The notes under the pieces were generated by a model. That model made no database searches, was not told the DNA's origin, and worked only from the letters and a program-made list of their open reading frames with translations. Below are positions 11,601 through 20,722 of a stretch of DNA of 64,000 bases, piece after piece; the stretch's first letter is position 1; every line of letters starts with the position of its first letter. A program made the translations under genes and the position numbers. Source of the stretch: Alistipes sp. (lineage in GTDB: Bacteria > Bacteroidota > Bacteroidia > Bacteroidales > Rikenellaceae); NCBI GenBank assembly GCA_017463615.1, contig JAFTOU010000004.1:29319-93318 (forward strand), read 5' to 3'.

Positions 11601-12946
11601 ATGTAACCAATGGTGTTCACTATCCTACTTGGACTGCATCAAATATGCGTCGTCTCTACGCTAAGTACTTCCCAGAGGGCTTCAGCGGTCACCAGTACGA
11701 CATCCCTGCATGGCAGAAGATGAAGAATATCTCTAACGAGGAGCTGTGGAACGAGCGTATGTTCCTCAAGAACCGCCTTATCAAGACCATCAAGCGTCGC
11801 TATACCGACCCTACACAGGTGCGTTTTGACTCTCCTCGTCAGCTGGTGCAGGTATCTGAGGCTATTAAGCCAGAGGTGCTCACTATCGGTTTTGCTCGCC
11901 GCTTCGCAACTTACAAGCGTGCACACCTGCTCTTTACAAACCTTGAGCGTCTGTCAAAGATTGTAAATAACCCAGAGCACCCAGTACAGTTTATCTTCGC
12001 TGGTAAGGCCCATCCAAATGATAAGCCAGGTCAGGATCTGATTAAGCGTATCGTTGAGGTATCTCTCCGTCCAGAGTTCGTGGGTAAGATTATCTTCCTG
12101 CAGAACTACGATATGGAGCTTGCTCGCCGTATGGTTCAGGGTGTGGATGTATGGTTGAATACCCCTACCCGTCCACTGGAGGCTTCAGGTACTTCGGGTG
12201 AGAAGTGCGTTATGAACGGTGTTATGCAGTTCTCTGTCCTTGATGGATGGTGGGTTGAGGGCTACAAGGAGGGCGCTGGCTGGATGCTTCCTATGGAGCG
12301 CACTTTCACAGACCAGAACTACCAGAACGACCTTGATGCCGAGATGATCTACACCACTATTGAGGAGCAGATTGTACCTATGTATTACTCGCGCGACGAG
12401 AAGGGTATCCCTGCACAGTGGTGCGAGGCTATCAAGAGCTGCGTGGCAGATATCGCATCTAACTTTACAACAAACCGTATGCTCACCGACTATGAGGAGC
12501 GCTTCTACAATCAGCTTGCAGAGCGTAAGAGCACAATGGTTGAGAACAACTATATCCTCGCTCGCGAGATTGCCGCTTGGAAGCGTAAGGTTTCGGCTGC
12601 GTGGGATAATGTCAAGGTGCTTGATGTTCAGCGCGTGCGCGTAGATAAGGAGGCACTCTTCGTTGGCGAGTCATACCGCTTTGAGGTTAAGCTCGACATC
12701 GCAAACCTCAAGCCAGAGGATATCGGCGTAGAGCTTGTTGTTGCTAAGCCAATGGTTGGCAACCAGGCTGCAAATGTGGACTACTCACTCGCCTTTGTTC
12801 AGAGCAAGGTAGAGGGTAATAAGGTATCTTACACCCTTGAGTACACCCCACGCCGCACCGGTATCTTTGATATCGCAATCCGCGTATTCCCTCAGAATGA
12901 GAAGCTCGCACACCGTATGGACTTCGCATTGGTGAAGTGGGCATAA
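8699..12946 (+). CDS. glgP: Fused glycogen synthase (GT3, eukaryote-type) and alpha-glucan phosphorylase (GT35)
   Basis: N-half has EVSWEVCNKVGGIHTV and SYYEPWGYTPLE (GT3); C-half has YFSMEYG, YSGGLGILAGD, GFARRFATYKR and the PLP-lysine motif EASGTSGEK (GT35). Single uninterrupted 1415-aa ORF. Confidence 0.93.
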   Translation: MSEKRFSPDTLFEVSWEVCNKVGGIHTVVATKALTVTELLGDKYIVIGPDFSQDNGNSEFEEDTTLLRQWRQQLYNEGIRVRIGRWKIVGSPLAILIDFTTHFAQKDEILKGLWDNYNVDSLSGQWDYVEPVLFGHIAGQVIASYVENIAAATDKVVAHFHEWMSCSGGLYLRKYSPYVATVMTTHATVMGRCIAGNNLPLYGNLSKFNADDLARQFNVAAKHSIEKMGAQYHDAFLTVSDITARECKYLLGKEVDVVTPNGFENDFVWTGAEYDTKRAEARKAMITVAEACLGCKFESEPLIVGTSGRYEFHNKGLDVFFESLKRLAQSNVEREILAYVTVPAANHGARTDLQAHLKDSSKAIDATQYRHSTHYLENQAWDQVAQAIAENGLDAADSKVKVIFVPTYLNQNDGIFNKNYYELLVGMDLTVFASYYEPWGYTPLESIAFSVPTITTTLAGFGVWAAGLENHEGITVIERNDTNGSQAAAEIALTIQQFASRLEEEVAEIRASVYEVSKLALWDNLFKHYQKAYQVAIESCVGRTNRAVLGDGGSKTEQINFVSQQLFAERPNWQRVMVEKSLPEVLHPLEELSRNLWWSWTLGARDLFEYIDKELWVEVNRNPIALLDKLSVERLAELAADKEFLKMMGEVYAQFQEYMNEAPKAETPKIAYFSMEYGLHHTLKIYSGGLGILAGDYLKEASDKNVPMVAVGLLYRYGYFTQRLSSQGAQEAVYEPQNFSKLPISAVRDEDGSWVTVQVAFPGRTLYARVWRCMVGRTALYLLDTDYEANLEEDRQVTHYLYGGDWENRLKQELLLGVGGIRALNKMGIRQDVYHCNEGHAAFIGLERIRNFIGRQKLSFSEALEVVRSSSLFTTHTPVPAGHDAFPESMIRQYMSHYPDVLGITWDQFINLGKVNPNDVNEKFSMSVLACNLSQEVNGVSWLHGEVSKDILGNMWPGYFKNELHIGYVTNGVHYPTWTASNMRRLYAKYFPEGFSGHQYDIPAWQKMKNISNEELWNERMFLKNRLIKTIKRRYTDPTQVRFDSPRQLVQVSEAIKPEVLTIGFARRFATYKRAHLLFTNLERLSKIVNNPEHPVQFIFAGKAHPNDKPGQDLIKRIVEVSLRPEFVGKIIFLQNYDMELARRMVQGVDVWLNTPTRPLEASGTSGEKCVMNGVMQFSVLDGWWVEGYKEGAGWMLPMERTFTDQNYQNDLDAEMIYTTIEEQIVPMYYSRDEKGIPAQWCEAIKSCVADIASNFTTNRMLTDYEERFYNQLAERKSTMVENNYILAREIAAWKRKVSAAWDNVKVLDVQRVRVDKEALFVGESYRFEVKLDIANLKPEDIGVELVVAKPMVGNQAANVDYSLAFVQSKVEGNKVSYTLEYTPRRTGIFDIAIRVFPQNEKLAHRMDFALVKWA

Positions 12947-12950
12947 GGCT

Positions 12951-13072
12951 GAATGCGTCTAACAAGGTGATTTCTGCATTACTCTTGTCCTCAAAATCCT
13001 CACATACGCTTTAGTATGCTGCGGTTTTTCGGACTGCGAAAGCCTTGAAATCCCTCTTGTTATACACATTCG
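12951..13072. repeat. Palindromic element family B, copy 1
   Basis: IR gaatgcgtctaacaaggtgatttc / gaaatccctcttgttatacacattc; core aaaatcctca-catac-gcttta-gtatg-ctgcggttt shared with ~44930 and ~53650. Confidence 0.8.
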
Positions 13073-13247
13073 GGGTTTGTGATTGGATGTTCCAATTGGC
13101 CCCAAATACAACACTACAAGGTGGTTTGAGTGCTATTTTTGCGCTCAAACCGCTTTGTTTGATAAAAAACTCTGAAAAAGGGTTGCAAATTGGTAAAATA
13201 ATTTGTACCTTTACATTACATCTTGTAAAATCTTACAAAATAATATT

Positions 13248-15242
13248 ATGCCGGGATTAACATTTGACAAACGGGAACTTGGAAACTTGGAGTATTCGCT
13301 TCAGCGCGAAATGCTTGCAACCGACCGTCGTGGTGGTTATATGAGCACCACCATCGTGGGTTGCAACACTCGCAAGTATCACGGACTGATTGTTGCCCCT
13401 ATTGACACGACAGACCAGACCTATGTGCTGCTCTCGTCGCTCGATGAGACTATTGTGCAGCACGACCAGTCTTTCAATCTGGCTCTGCATCGCTTCCGCG
13501 GTGTGTACGAGCCAAGGGGTCACAAGTACATCACTGACTTTGAGTACACTCCTTGTCCTACAATCACATACCGCGTAGGTGGTGTGATTCTGAAGAAGGA
13601 GCTGCTCTGGATTCACAAGCGTACGCATCTGATGATTCGCTACACACTTGTGGATGCACACTCAAAGACTACTCTTCGCCTGCGTCCATTCCTCGCCTTC
13701 AGAAACAAGCACTCGCTCTCTAAGGCAAATATGGATGCGAATGTTCGCTCTTATCCAGTGAAGAATGGTGTTAAGAATCGTCTCTACGACGGCTTCCCGT
13801 GGCTGCACATGCAGCTGAGCAAGGATAGCGCACAGTTTATCGCCGCTCCAGACTGGTACTACGACTTTGAGTATCAGAAGGAGATTGAGCGTGGCTACGA
13901 GGGCTACGAGGATCTGCTCACTACCGGTTACTTCGAGATGGAGATTGAGAAGGGCGAGAGCATCATCTTCTCAGCCTCTGTAGACGAGATGGAGTCGGCA
14001 GAGGATATTGTAAACTACTTCAACGCCTCTATCGCTCGTCGTACACACAAGATTGACTTCCGCAGCTGTCTGCACCACTCTGCTCGCCAGTTCATCATCC
14101 GCCGCCCAGGTGACCGCACCGAGGTTGTGGCTGGATACCCTTGGTATGGCGAGGATGGTCGCTCTACATTTATCTCTCTGCCAGGTCTTACTCTGGAGCA
14201 GGGATATAAGGAGGACTGCATGGCAGTGCTTGATACTTTGGTTGGCGATATGCACAATGGCGACTTCGCGGGCTCTGCATCTGCCGAGGTTGCTGCAGAC
14301 GCTCCGCTGTGGTTCTTCTGGACTCTGCAGAATCTGGAGGAGCATATCGGCGCTAAGGCTGTTTGGGAGAGGTATGGCGCAGCTATGAAGAGCATCCTCG
14401 GTGCTTACCGCAAGGGCTTCTTCGGTGGTTGCGTAGCACTGCATAGCAACGGCCTTATTTGGGCTGCTCGCGAGGGTTATGCCCTCACTTGGATGAATAG
14501 CGTAGTGGGTGGCGTGCCACAGACTCCGCGTGCAGGTTATACCGTAGAGATTAACGCTCTGTGGTACAACGCTGTATCTTATGCCCTTGAGCTTGCCAAG
14601 AAGTGCGGCGACAAGGAGTTTGTAGCAGAGTGGAAGAGCCTGCCTGCACAGACCAAAAAGTCGTTCCTTGAGTGCTTCTACCTCGCAGACGAGGGTTATC
14701 TGGCAGACTATGTAGACCTTCGCGGTGCAGATAAGGCGGTGCGTTGCAACCAGATTATCGCGTGCGGTCTGCCATACACCATGGTGGCAGAGGAGCAGGT
14801 TGTAAGCATTCTGCTCACTGTGCGTCAGCACCTTCTCACCCCGCTGGGTCTTCGCTCACTCTCTCCAGAGGATAGCCGCTTTGAGTCTACCTACAAGGAG
14901 AACCCTATTGAGCAGGAGGCTGCAAGCAAGAACGGCGCTGTATGGGTATGGCCATTGATGTTCTACTTCGAGTGCGCCTTTGCACTTCAGGGCGAGAAGT
15001 TCCTCGCTAAGGCAAAGGATATGTACGAGGCGTATGACGACAATATCCAGACCTACTGCATCGGCTCTGTTGCAGAGTACTACGATGCAAACCCTCCATT
15101 TGCCCCTCGTGGCGCATTCTCTATGGCTTGGAGCGTAGGTGCACTGCTCTACATCCAGCAGCTTATTGAGAAGCAGGAGGCTAAGGCAGCTCGCGCAGCA
15201 AAGCGCACTGCAAAAAAGAGTGTAAAAACAAGTAAAAAATAG
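13248..15242 (+). CDS. Glycogen debranching enzyme / amylo-alpha-1,6-glucosidase (archaeal-type, GH133)
   Basis: GCNTRKYHGL N-terminal motif, VVAGYPW, DAPLW, LTWM, VEINALWYNA, GSVAEYYD; lies in the glycogen locus; start at ATG 13248. Confidence 0.88.
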   Translation: MPGLTFDKRELGNLEYSLQREMLATDRRGGYMSTTIVGCNTRKYHGLIVAPIDTTDQTYVLLSSLDETIVQHDQSFNLALHRFRGVYEPRGHKYITDFEYTPCPTITYRVGGVILKKELLWIHKRTHLMIRYTLVDAHSKTTLRLRPFLAFRNKHSLSKANMDANVRSYPVKNGVKNRLYDGFPWLHMQLSKDSAQFIAAPDWYYDFEYQKEIERGYEGYEDLLTTGYFEMEIEKGESIIFSASVDEMESAEDIVNYFNASIARRTHKIDFRSCLHHSARQFIIRRPGDRTEVVAGYPWYGEDGRSTFISLPGLTLEQGYKEDCMAVLDTLVGDMHNGDFAGSASAEVAADAPLWFFWTLQNLEEHIGAKAVWERYGAAMKSILGAYRKGFFGGCVALHSNGLIWAAREGYALTWMNSVVGGVPQTPRAGYTVEINALWYNAVSYALELAKKCGDKEFVAEWKSLPAQTKKSFLECFYLADEGYLADYVDLRGADKAVRCNQIIACGLPYTMVAEEQVVSILLTVRQHLLTPLGLRSLSPEDSRFESTYKENPIEQEAASKNGAVWVWPLMFYFECAFALQGEKFLAKAKDMYEAYDDNIQTYCIGSVAEYYDANPPFAPRGAFSMAWSVGALLYIQQLIEKQEAKAARAAKRTAKKSVKTSKK

Positions 15243-15247
15243 GTAGA

Positions 15248-16555
15248 ATGAGAGTTTTAATGTTTGGATGGGAGTTCCCACCGCATATCGCTGGTGGTCT
15301 GGGAACTGCTTGCTACGGAATGACGCGCGGACTGGCGCGTAACGGCGTAGATGTAACTTTCGTTATGCCGCACGCCAGTGGTGACGAGGATGAGCGTTTT
15401 GTTGATATCGTCAATGCAAGCGATGTGGAGACTGTCTTCGGTAAGGTTGATGCCGACTGCGAGGATATCATTCAGAAGATGTCATTTATTCATATTGACT
15501 CTAACCTGGTGCCATACCTCTCGCCTGAGGACTATGAGACCTACCACGACGAGTTTGTAAAGACAGGCGAGAAGCGTTGGGAGACCCGCGATGTGTGGAG
15601 CCAGCGTTACACATTCTCTGGTAAGTATGGCGCAAACCTGCTTGAGGAGATTGCTCGCTATGCTATCGTGGCAGCTCAGGTGGCAAAAGACCACGCTGGC
15701 GAGTTTGATGTTATCCACGCGCACGACTGGCTGACATACTTCGCAGGTATCGCTGCAAAGCGCGTATCTGGAAAGCCGCTGGTGGTACATATGCACGCAA
15801 CAGAGTTTGACCGCTCGGGCGAGAATATCAACACCCAGACCTACGCTATTGAGCGCGCAGGTATGCACGCTGCTGACCGCGTAATTGCTGTGTCAAACCT
15901 TACTCGTAATATCATCATCAACCGCTACGGCGTGCCTGCAGAGCGTGTTGTGGCTGTGCACAACGCTGTACGCTTTACCGACAAGGGCGAGGCTTGGCCA
16001 GAGCGCGGTGTGGATGATAAGGTTGTAACATTCCTGGGTCGTATCACCTTCCAGAAGGGTCCTGACTACTTCGTTGAGGCTGCTGCAAAGGTGCTTAAGC
16101 GTTGTCCAAATGTGCGTTTCGTAATGGCTGGTTCGGGCGATATGATGAACCATGTTATCCGTCGTGTTGCTCGCCTCGGTATTGCTGACCGATTCCACTT
16201 CACCGGCTTCCTCCGTGGTGCCGATGTGGATAAGATGTTCCAGCTCTCCGATGTATTCGTAATGCCATCCGTTTCGGAGCCATTCGGTATCGCGCCGCTG
16301 GAGGCTATGCGTTCAAATGTGCCAGTGATTATCTCTAAGCAGAGTGGTGTTGCCGAGGTGCTCGACTATGCCGTGAAGGTAGACTACTGGGATGTAGACG
16401 CTATGGCTGACGCAATTTATGGTCTTGTAAACTATCCTGCCCTCTCTAAGATGTTCGCCGAGAAGGGTCTGGAGGAGGTTATCTCCCTGAAGTGGAACGA
16501 TGCCGCTGCAAAGATTAAGAAAGTTTACGAGGACGCTATTGCAGATTGTAGATAA
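15248..16555 (+). CDS. Glycosyltransferase family 4 (glycogen-locus alpha-glucosyltransferase)
   Basis: MFGWEFPPHIAGGLG, IHAHDW, FVMPSVSEPFGIAPLEA motifs. Confidence 0.9.
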   Translation: MRVLMFGWEFPPHIAGGLGTACYGMTRGLARNGVDVTFVMPHASGDEDERFVDIVNASDVETVFGKVDADCEDIIQKMSFIHIDSNLVPYLSPEDYETYHDEFVKTGEKRWETRDVWSQRYTFSGKYGANLLEEIARYAIVAAQVAKDHAGEFDVIHAHDWLTYFAGIAAKRVSGKPLVVHMHATEFDRSGENINTQTYAIERAGMHAADRVIAVSNLTRNIIINRYGVPAERVVAVHNAVRFTDKGEAWPERGVDDKVVTFLGRITFQKGPDYFVEAAAKVLKRCPNVRFVMAGSGDMMNHVIRRVARLGIADRFHFTGFLRGADVDKMFQLSDVFVMPSVSEPFGIAPLEAMRSNVPVIISKQSGVAEVLDYAVKVDYWDVDAMADAIYGLVNYPALSKMFAEKGLEEVISLKWNDAAAKIKKVYEDAIADCR

Positions 16556-16581
16556 ATAAGAAATAAATAAAAACTAAAGAT

Positions 16582-17793
16582 ATGAAAACAGTTTGCTTGT
16601 ATTTTCAGGTACATCAGCCTTGGCGACTTAAGACCTATCGCTTCTTTAACATCGGCAAGGACCACAACTATTTGGACGATTTGACCAATCGCGCCATTAT
16701 GCAGAAGATTGCTCGCGAGTGCTATCTTCCAATGAACTCACTGCTGCTCAAGCTCATCAAGGAGAATAAGGGCGCTTTCCGCTGCTCGTTCTCGCTGACA
16801 GGTACTGTTGTTGAGCAGTTCAAACTCTATGCTCCAGAGGTGCTGGACTCTTTCCGCGAGCTTGTTAAGACTGGCTGCGTAGAGCTTCTGTGCGAGACCT
16901 ACTCTCACTCTCTTGCCGCTCTGTCAAGCAAGGAGGACTTCGTAGAGCAGGTTAAGGCTCATCAGGCAATGCTTAAGAAGGAGTTTGGTGTTAAGCCAAA
17001 GGCTTTCCGCAATACAGAGCTTATCTACTCAGACGCTATCGGCGCTATGGCTGGCGAGCTGGGCTTCAAGACTATCCTCGCTGAGGGTGCAAAGCATGTG
17101 CTGGGTTGGAAGTCTCCAGACTTCGTATATGCAAGTGCTGGCGACCAGAGCCTGCGCGTTCTGCTGCGTAACTATAAGCTGTCAGACGATATCGCTTTCC
17201 GCTTCTCAAATCAGGGTTGGGACGAGTATCCACTCACTGCCGACAAGTACGCTGCTTGGCTTAGCGAGGCAGACGGCGAGGTTGTAAACCTCTTTATGGA
17301 CTACGAGACCTTCGGTGAGCACCAGAAGGCCTCTACAGGCATCTTTGACTTCGTTAAGGCTCTGCCAAAGGCTGTTCTCGGCCGTGGCGACTTGAAGTTC
17401 GCAACTGTATCTGAGACCGCTGCTGCACACCAGCCGGTAGCTGTTATCCACTGCCCTCACGTTATGTCTTGGGCAGACGAGGAGCGCGATGTTACCGCAT
17501 GGCTCGGCAACGACCTTCAGAACGAGGCATTTGCAAAGATTTACGAGCTTAAGGATAAGGTTCGCGCCCTGAAGAGCGAGGACTTCAACTATGTTTGGAA
17601 CTTTATGCAGACCTCAGACCACTTCTACTATATGGCAACCAAGTGGCTCTCTGATGGCGATGTACACTCATACTTCAACCCATACGGTTCGTCTTACGAG
17701 GCATTTATCAACTATATGAATGTCCTCTCCGACTTCCAGATTGAGGTAGAGAAGGCACTTGCTGCAAAGAAGAGCCGCAAGAAGAGCAACTAA
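16582..17793 (+). CDS. Glycoside hydrolase family 57 (alpha-amylase/amylopullulanase-like)
   Basis: YFQVHQP, ETYSHSL, FRNTELIY, MDYETFGEHQ, QTSDHFYYM GH57 motifs. Confidence 0.9.
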   Translation: MKTVCLYFQVHQPWRLKTYRFFNIGKDHNYLDDLTNRAIMQKIARECYLPMNSLLLKLIKENKGAFRCSFSLTGTVVEQFKLYAPEVLDSFRELVKTGCVELLCETYSHSLAALSSKEDFVEQVKAHQAMLKKEFGVKPKAFRNTELIYSDAIGAMAGELGFKTILAEGAKHVLGWKSPDFVYASAGDQSLRVLLRNYKLSDDIAFRFSNQGWDEYPLTADKYAAWLSEADGEVVNLFMDYETFGEHQKASTGIFDFVKALPKAVLGRGDLKFATVSETAAAHQPVAVIHCPHVMSWADEERDVTAWLGNDLQNEAFAKIYELKDKVRALKSEDFNYVWNFMQTSDHFYYMATKWLSDGDVHSYFNPYGSSYEAFINYMNVLSDFQIEVEKALAAKKSRKKSN

Positions 17794-17810
17794 TTAGAAG
17801 CTGATTCACA

Positions 17811-17847
17811 GAGCCTGTCTATTCTATAGGCAGGCTCGTTTTGTTTT
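17811..17847 (+). terminator. Intrinsic terminator of the glycogen operon
   Basis: gagcctgtcta-ttcta-taggcaggctc followed by a T-rich tract. Confidence 0.7.
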
Positions 17848-17852
17848 AAGAT

Positions 17853-19049
17853 ATGAAAAGATACCTTTTAACCGTTGTGGCGATAGCGTGTGGGTATGTT
17901 GCTTCGGCGCAGTTTTATACCGAGCAGCACTATCCGAATGCGATTAGGTTGTACAACAAGAATGTGCCGCGCAGGGAGATTATTCTGCCCAAGGTGGAGG
18001 GGTATACCCTCTACAAGGCCGATTTCCACGTGCATACAATCTACTCCGATGGCGATGTGACGCCGCGAGAGCGTGTGCGCGAGGCGTGGCAGGATGGGTT
18101 GGATATTATTGCGCTGACCGACCACTTGGAGATTCGTACCTACGAGAAGTTTATGCTCAAGGTGCTTGAACCCTACAACAAGGGCAAGGCGCCGTTTAAG
18201 TACGAGCACGCGGGCATTGCCAACAAAAAAGATAAGGGTTATCCCGTTATGGCAAATCTCAATGCAGCCTACGACGAGGCGGTATACTATGCCGAGCGCG
18301 AGAACTTGCCGATAATGGTTGTGCGCGGAACGGAGATTTGGCGTAACACAAAGAGCATAGGCGAGTTTAACGCCCTCTTTATCAGCGACATAAATGCTGT
18401 ATGCGATGCCGACCTCTTTGAGTCGTTCCGTCGTGTGAAGCAGCAGGGAGGACTCATCATGCACAACCACCCTGGCTACACCCGCCAGACGGCAGAGATT
18501 GCCGAGGGTGAGCAGGCGCGCGCCTACGATGAGGGGTGGATAGATGGTGTGGAGGTGATAAACTCCACGACCCTATATCCGACTGTTGTGCGCCGATGTG
18601 GCGAGCGAGGACTCTTTATGGCTGCCAACACCGATGCACACCGACCAACGGCGCAGGTCTACAACGGGGTGAACGAGTTTTTCCGCACGATGACCTTCGT
18701 CCTTGCCACAGAGTGCACCGAGCAGGCGATAAAGGAGGCGCTCAAGGCTGGGCGCACCATAGGCTACAGCGGAAACCACTTGGTGGGTCAGCTGCCGCTG
18801 CTCACAGCGTTTCTAAACGCCGCCGTGGAGTGTCGCAAGGTGGCTCAGAGTGACAAGGGGGTGACCTACAGCGTTACCAACACCTGCTCTGTGCCATTCT
18901 TCCTCCGTCAGACCAAAAACACATTCAAGTTAGAGCCTTTCCGCACACTCACATTTACATTCAAGAGTGGCGAGCCGACTTTTACGATTGCTAATATGTG
19001 GTATACCGACGAGCAGCATCCAAGGATTACTCTTGATATAGATAGGTAG
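17853..19049 (+). CDS. Secreted PHP-domain phosphoesterase (Sb-PDE-like)
   Basis: Signal peptide; DFHVHTIYSDG, ALTDH, HNHPG, IDGVEV, ANTDAH PHP metal-binding motifs. Confidence 0.8.
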   Translation: MKRYLLTVVAIACGYVASAQFYTEQHYPNAIRLYNKNVPRREIILPKVEGYTLYKADFHVHTIYSDGDVTPRERVREAWQDGLDIIALTDHLEIRTYEKFMLKVLEPYNKGKAPFKYEHAGIANKKDKGYPVMANLNAAYDEAVYYAERENLPIMVVRGTEIWRNTKSIGEFNALFISDINAVCDADLFESFRRVKQQGGLIMHNHPGYTRQTAEIAEGEQARAYDEGWIDGVEVINSTTLYPTVVRRCGERGLFMAANTDAHRPTAQVYNGVNEFFRTMTFVLATECTEQAIKEALKAGRTIGYSGNHLVGQLPLLTAFLNAAVECRKVAQSDKGVTYSVTNTCSVPFFLRQTKNTFKLEPFRTLTFTFKSGEPTFTIANMWYTDEQHPRITLDIDR

Positions 19050-19094
19050 CACAAAAAATATTTAGTAAAAGAGAACACTTTTGAAAAATATTAC

Positions 19095-19102
19095 TACCTT
19101 TG
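19095..19102 (+). promoter_or_regulatory. Bacteroidetes -7 promoter element for the btu operon
   Basis: TAccTTTG immediately before the riboswitch 5' end. Confidence 0.65.
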
Positions 19103-19104
19103 TA

Positions 19105-19280
19105 GCATAGAAGGTGTCTTACTGAGTCGCTCAGTGAGATGAAAAGGAAATTCGGTGAGAATCCGAAACAGTACCTGCTGCTGTAAGTTCCTGTCCGTAA
19201 GGATGTTACATCTTGCACAAAGCCATTGGGAAACTGAGAAGGCGCAAGATGTGGAATAAGTCAGAAGACCTGCCTCTATG
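19105..19280 (+). ncRNA. Cobalamin (B12) riboswitch
   Basis: Hallmark segments aaggtg...aaaaggGAAttcggtgagaatccgaaacagtacctgctgctGTAA...GCCATTGGGAAACTGAGAAGGC...AAGTCAGAAGACCTGCC, upstream of btu homologues. Confidence 0.93.
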
Positions 19281-19378
19281 ATTATGATTTTTCAAACCCT
19301 GCAGGAGAACGGGGCGAAATCAAAACAGCTCAGGCAGGTTGGTGCACAAATCGTTGTCCGTAGAGTAGAGTTTTGATA

Positions 19379-19419
19379 AAACACCGTGATCCGAAAAGGG
19401 TTGCGGTGTTCTTTATTTA
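19379..19419 (+). terminator. Putative riboswitch expression-platform terminator
   Basis: aacaccgtgatcc-gaaaa-gggttgcggtgtt hairpin plus ctttattt, between the aptamer and the first ATG. Confidence 0.55.
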
Positions 19420-19444
19420 TAAACTCTCTAACAGGACTATTAGA

Positions 19445-20686
19445 ATGAGAAAATTTTTGTTTTTGGCAATCGTACCTATATTATTTATAGGGTGCCAGTA
19501 TGATGACGATGCCCTCTGGGGCGAGGTTGAGAAGCTGAACGACAAGGTTGAGCAGAATGCAGAGGATATTGCTACTCTCTCTGCCATTGTTGAGGCTCTG
19601 AACAAGGGTAAGGTGATTACCGCTACCGAGCAGACCGCCGAGGGCGTGGTGCTTACATTTAGCGACGGCAGCAGCGTGACTATCAAAAATGGTGCAGACG
19701 GCAAGGACGGCATAGACGGCAAGGATGGAAAAGATGGCGTAGATGGCGCTGACGGCAAGGATGGCGCTGACGGTAAAGATGGTGTAGATGGCAAGGACGG
19801 CGAGGATGGCGATTCACTATTTGTATCTATCACTGAGGATGATACGAGCGTGACTATCGTACTTGCAGATGGTCGTGTGATTGTGCTTCCGAAGGCTGTT
19901 GCAGACCAGGAGCCAGAGCCAGAGGCTGACATTCGCGTGCTGACATTTGAGGATAGCGATGTGAAGTTTACCTCCTATGCGCTGGACTTCTACGGCCCGC
20001 TGATTGACTGCTGGAGTGCGCTGATTGACCCGCTGCAGTATGGTGGCGAGCTGCTCTACTATCAGGGTGGTGGCACATACTACTGGTACGACGAGGGTAA
20101 CACCGAGCTATACCACAGTTTTGTAACGCCGCTATGGACTGGCGGACACGCGCTCTCAAACTATGTGATTGCCGACTATGCGACCCTGCCAGAGGGTTAC
20201 TACGGCTGGTACGAGTTGCAGCTGGCAAACCCTATTGGTGGAAACAACGGCTCGGCTAACTTCTGCGTGCACAACGGATATGTAGATAGCTTTAACTCAG
20301 GCATTTACGATGCTCAGCTGCAGGGCTTTGAGTTTGCCGATGGCGTGGAGAGGGTTATAGACCACCTCTACATTACCAACACCTGCTATGTGCTCAACTC
20401 GCTGACTTATGGCGACGGCTTCTGCGCAGCGGCAACAGAGAGCAGCTACTACAAGGTTATCGCCTACGGCTATGACGCCTCGGGCAACCAGACCGGCAGC
20501 GTAGAGTTCACCCTCTGCAACGGCACCGAGCTGGTAACCACATGGGAGAAGTTTGACCTCTCGCCATTAGGCAAGGTTGCAAAGGTGGCCTTCAACTTTG
20601 ACGCTTCTGCCGACCTGAAGGGCGACTACGGAATGAACGCCCCAGCATACTTCGCCTATGACGATGTAGCTGTGGTTTTTGAATAG
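19445..20686 (+). CDS. Lipoprotein with coiled-coil and collagen-like stalk and C-terminal DUF4465 (BtuJ-like cobalamin-binding) domain
   Basis: Lipobox ILFIG-C then QYDDDALW; (GKDGxD)n Gly-X-Y repeats; C-terminal YITNTCYV, ELVTTWEKFDLSPLGKV and MNAPAYFAYDD resemble DUF4465; first gene after a B12 riboswitch. Confidence 0.75.
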   Translation: MRKFLFLAIVPILFIGCQYDDDALWGEVEKLNDKVEQNAEDIATLSAIVEALNKGKVITATEQTAEGVVLTFSDGSSVTIKNGADGKDGIDGKDGKDGVDGADGKDGADGKDGVDGKDGEDGDSLFVSITEDDTSVTIVLADGRVIVLPKAVADQEPEPEADIRVLTFEDSDVKFTSYALDFYGPLIDCWSALIDPLQYGGELLYYQGGGTYYWYDEGNTELYHSFVTPLWTGGHALSNYVIADYATLPEGYYGWYELQLANPIGGNNGSANFCVHNGYVDSFNSGIYDAQLQGFEFADGVERVIDHLYITNTCYVLNSLTYGDGFCAAATESSYYKVIAYGYDASGNQTGSVEFTLCNGTELVTTWEKFDLSPLGKVAKVAFNFDASADLKGDYGMNAPAYFAYDDVAVVFE

Positions 20687-20722
20687 GAGAAGGTACGCGA
20701 CCTCATTCGCGCAAAATATACT

